This document shows, piece by piece, positions 58,923 through 64,000 of a stretch of DNA of 64,000 nt. The notes beneath the pieces are model-generated. The model searched no databases. It saw nothing but the letters and a program-made list of their open reading frames with translations, and was not told the DNA's origin. Each line of letters begins with the position of its first letter. The stretch's first letter is position 1. The stretch is from Polyangiales bacterium (GTDB taxonomy: Bacteria > Myxococcota_A > Polyangia > Polyangiales > Polyangiaceae), in assembly GCA_038230375.1 (NCBI GenBank), contig JBBRNJ010000002.1, forward strand, positions 128,001 to 192,000, given 5' to 3'. A program made the translations under genes and the position numbers.

Positions 58923-59781
58923 CGGCGCGAGCCTCGGGCACCCGGAAGCGCTCGTGGTTCACGACGTGGTGGACCTGCTGACCACGCACAGGCCTGGCCG
59001 GGACTTCGATGGCGTCGTGCGCGTCGCGTCCGGCGTGGATCGCATCGGGTATGCGTTCGCGGTGGGCTACGACGCTGCGCTGCACGAGCTGGTGCCCGCC
59101 GCAAAGGGCCTCTGCGCGCTGGCTGCGACGGAGAACAAGAGCGCGCATCCGCGCGACATCCACACGCGCGTGTCGGCGGACGGCGCGGTGACCGGCGTGA
59201 AGAGCTTCGTCACGCTGGGGAACCTGGCCGATACGATCCTCGTCGTTGCGCGGACAGACACACCGCAGGCAGACGGGCGACCCGATCTGCGGCTCTGCTC
59301 CGTACCCGCCGCTGCAGCAGGGGTGACCCGCGAAGCCCTGCCGGCGACGCCGTTCGCGCCGGAGCTGCCGCACGCGCGCGTCACGTTCGACAACGCCCAG
59401 GGAGAGCTGCTGCCCGGCGACGGGTACGCCCGCTACATGAAGCCGTTCCGCACCGTGGAAGATCTCTGGGTGCACGTCGCGCTCTGCGCGTGGCTCTGGG
59501 GCATGGCCTCGCGTGACGGTTGGGGGGACGCGTTCATGGCGGATGCGCGCGCCGCCCTCGCCGCTTCCAGAAGCCTCCTCTCGGAGGACCCCACGGCTCC
59601 CGCCACACACGTCGCGCTGGCCGCGCTCATCGACCGCGCGCGCGGCCTGGTGGAGCGCGCGTCGTTCTCGGAGGCACGCGCCGCGGAGAAGGCCCTCTTC
59701 GAGCGCGACAGGCCCCTCCTCTGGGTCGCCGAGCGCGCCAGGACCGAGCGCCTTTCGAAGGCCCGTGCGGCTATTGCTTGA
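58909..59781 (+). CDS. acyl-CoA dehydrogenase-like protein (short, divergent)
   Basis: LAATE, VTGVKSFVT, LLPGDGYARYMKPFRTVED. Confidence 0.7.
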   Translation: MSLPDGASLGHPEALVVHDVVDLLTTHRPGRDFDGVVRVASGVDRIGYAFAVGYDAALHELVPAAKGLCALAATENKSAHPRDIHTRVSADGAVTGVKSFVTLGNLADTILVVARTDTPQADGRPDLRLCSVPAAAAGVTREALPATPFAPELPHARVTFDNAQGELLPGDGYARYMKPFRTVEDLWVHVALCAWLWGMASRDGWGDAFMADARAALAASRSLLSEDPTAPATHVALAALIDRARGLVERASFSEARAAEKALFERDRPLLWVAERARTERLSKARAAIA

Positions 59782-59815
59782 CATGTGACTGCCGCAAGGC
59801 TTCCCTCGCGCCCCG

Positions 59816-61922
<2,107 letters not shown>

Positions 61923-61930
<8 letters not shown>

Positions 61931-63368
61931 GGTTCGCGGCGCGGCGCTTGTACACCGCGTAGCCAAGGTCCGTGCTTCCGATGGGGAGCACGCCCTTGCG
62001 CTCGAAGGTGTCCGTGACCCAGCTCTCGCGCAGGAGCCGCACCTCGACGTTGCGTGCGGGCTCGCCGTTCTTCTCGAGCAACAAGAGTGTGTCCACGCCG
62101 CGCGCGGAGAGCAGGCTGGGAGAGATCGCCTTCGACGTGTGACCGCCCGGCAGGTATGCGATCTCGCGATCCGTCACGCCCGCGAGATCGACGAGCGTGG
62201 CGCGCGGCGCGGCGGCTGACACCCAGCCCACGTCCACGCAGGCGATCACATGGGAGTGCGCGAGCACGGGCGCGGCGTTCGTCGCGAGGTCCGCGCGAGC
62301 CGCAAGGGTCTGTCGCGCGTCGTGGGCCCAGTTCGTGAGCCCGAAGACGTCAACCGCGAGGACGAGGACCGCGCGAATCACGACCGACGGAAGCTTCGCA
62401 TCGCCCGCGGTGTCGATCGCAAGCACGAACAGCGCAGGCACGAGCGGCACCATGAGCCGCGCGAGCGGCATGGAGTCGCCACCCACGAACACGACGGCGA
62501 GAACGTGCATGAGCGTGCCTGCGAGGATGGGACGCGCTCCAGTGCCGGGCCTTCCGAGAACCACCGGTGAGAGCACCGCGAACGGCGCGGCGGATGCGAT
62601 CAGCGCGGCCCCGACGTAGACCGCGCCGTGAGAGAGATCGCTCGGCTTGGCCGCGACCGAGAGCGGCGCTGCGGCGCCAAACCACAGCACGCGTATCAGC
62701 GCCATGAGCGCGAACGGGCCCGCCGCGGCAAGGATGGACGACGCCCAGAGCGAGGCCTTCGCCGCGGTGCCATGGTCGTCCACCACACGCGTGAGCGCAA
62801 AGCCGAGCGCGAATGCCCCGAGCTCCGGCCGCAGCGTGGCTGCGAGCCCCGCGCACAACGCGGGCAGCGCCGGGAACCAGGCCGGACCGCGCCGCAACGT
62901 CACTGCGATCGTGACAAGCAGCGCGGCCAGCTCCACCTCCATGCCGCTGGCGGCCCACGCCATGCTCGGCACCGACAGGAGGAACCCGATGCCCAGCAGC
63001 GCGCCCCGCCAGCGTGCGTTTCCGTGCAGCGCAGCGATGCGGCGCGCGACGAGCAGCGCGATCACTCCGTGCACGAGCACCGTGAGCGCCTTCGCGCGCA
63101 AGAGACCGTCCCATGCCGACGCACCGGCCACGAGGGGCACGAGCATGAACGCGAAGGGCAGGGGAGTGACGCCGTCGCTAGGCGCTGCGCCCACGCTCAT
63201 CACGTAGCCGTCGCCGTGGGCAATATGCTGCGCATACGTCACGGGGATCAACGCGTCGTCGACACAATACCCCCAGAAAACAAGCGCAGATGCGATCCCT
63301 CCCACGAACCCGCCGAGCGTGACCGCGCGGGGTAGCAGTGTTGGTTTGGGGTGTCCACTCCGCGTCAT
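61923..63368 (-). CDS. polytopic membrane protein, GT-C-like
   Basis: VDDALI...YA..I..G.G, SGME, RPE, GGD.M...R, D.G...DLAG. Confidence 0.7.
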
Positions 63369-63423
63369 TGCTTGCCAAAAAGTACATGGTTGCAGGCGCA
63401 GCTCCGTACGATTTCTTCAGCAG

Positions 63424-64000
63424 ATGCGCCTCTTCGAGATCTTCGTCGAACAGAAATCCCCCCTGCGTGAGCCCGCTCCCGAGCTCGCGCCCCCGTCGGG
63501 TCCCGTAAGGATCCGCAAGGCGACGCCCGAGGTCTTCGACCTCTTCGTCAACGGCGCCAATGTCACGGCGCGCATCGCCGAGAGCGAAGGGACCTGCGTC
63601 CTTCGTGACCTCGCCCATGCCGTGGCAGACCTTGGACGCGCGCCGCGGAAGAAGCGGCTCGTGCGCTTCTACGACGACGCGTGCGAGCTCGCGATCGAGC
63701 GCATCGGCGACGAGGCATCCCTCAGCGTCTATCGCACCGGCAGCGTGCCGGACGTGATGCTGTATGATACACGCGTTCCGTTCGCGGACGTGTATGCGAG
63801 CGTGCGTGAGGCCGTGCTGCGCGCGCTGGACAAGACGCCGCTGTCTGCGGTGCTGGAGATCGAGCTCGCTGACGCGCGCGCGCTTCTGGCGGCGGACCCG
63901 GTAGCCTCCGGTCCGCTGCGTGACGAGACGGTGCTCGTGTCCACCGAGATCGATCGCGGCGCGCCCATCGCGCTGTCGGCAGAGTTCCCGATGCGCGCCG
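63424..64000 (+). CDS. N-terminal part of a large hypothetical protein, truncated by the window end
   Basis: Open frame from ATG 63424 (MRLFEIFVEQ...FDLFVNGANVTARI...LSVYRTG) with host codon bias; absent from the ORF track because no stop occurs in the window. Confidence 0.65.
   Translation, partial: MRLFEIFVEQKSPLREPAPELAPPSGPVRIRKATPEVFDLFVNGANVTARIAESEGTCVLRDLAHAVADLGRAPRKKRLVRFYDDACELAIERIGDEASLSVYRTGSVPDVMLYDTRVPFADVYASVREAVLRALDKTPLSAVLEIELADARALLAADPVASGPLRDETVLVSTEIDRGAPIALSAEFPMRA

Overview
High-GC bacterial chromosomal window whose gene content points to a myxobacterium, probably Polyangiaceae/Sorangiineae-like (inference). Supporting signs are a Hanks-type Ser/Thr kinase, many lipoproteins with D-A-G-rich linkers, Cys-rich 'ETDxDCGG' repeats, FGE-fold proteins and a Myxococcus-type LexA box. 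About 50 CDSs are densely packed, with no rRNA, tRNA, CRISPR array or transposase seen. Main blocks: (1) a zinc-finger-fused ParA with an RHH partner, an RluA-family gene, glgA, an M1 peptidase, a radical-SAM repair gene with a probable LexA box, clpS-clpA and a kinase; (2) secreted hydrolases with a TetR regulator, a 235-bp MITE-like element and a frameshifted lipase; (3) a ~26 kb cell-envelope glycosylation region (21.6-47.3 kb) with four GT4s, two GT-C-like proteins, a MurJ-like flippase, two deacetylases, a FemAB-like acyltransferase, an MMPL exporter, ugd and an epimerase, with an embedded PdeD/PdeE-like cyclic-nucleotide phosphodiesterase; (4) an SDR, an RluA-methyltransferase fusion, two POT-type transporters (one with an extracytoplasmic insert at the mammalian PepT1 position) and an amino-acid permease. 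Many start codons were adjusted by eye from the ORF track. All functions come from motif recognition, not database searches.
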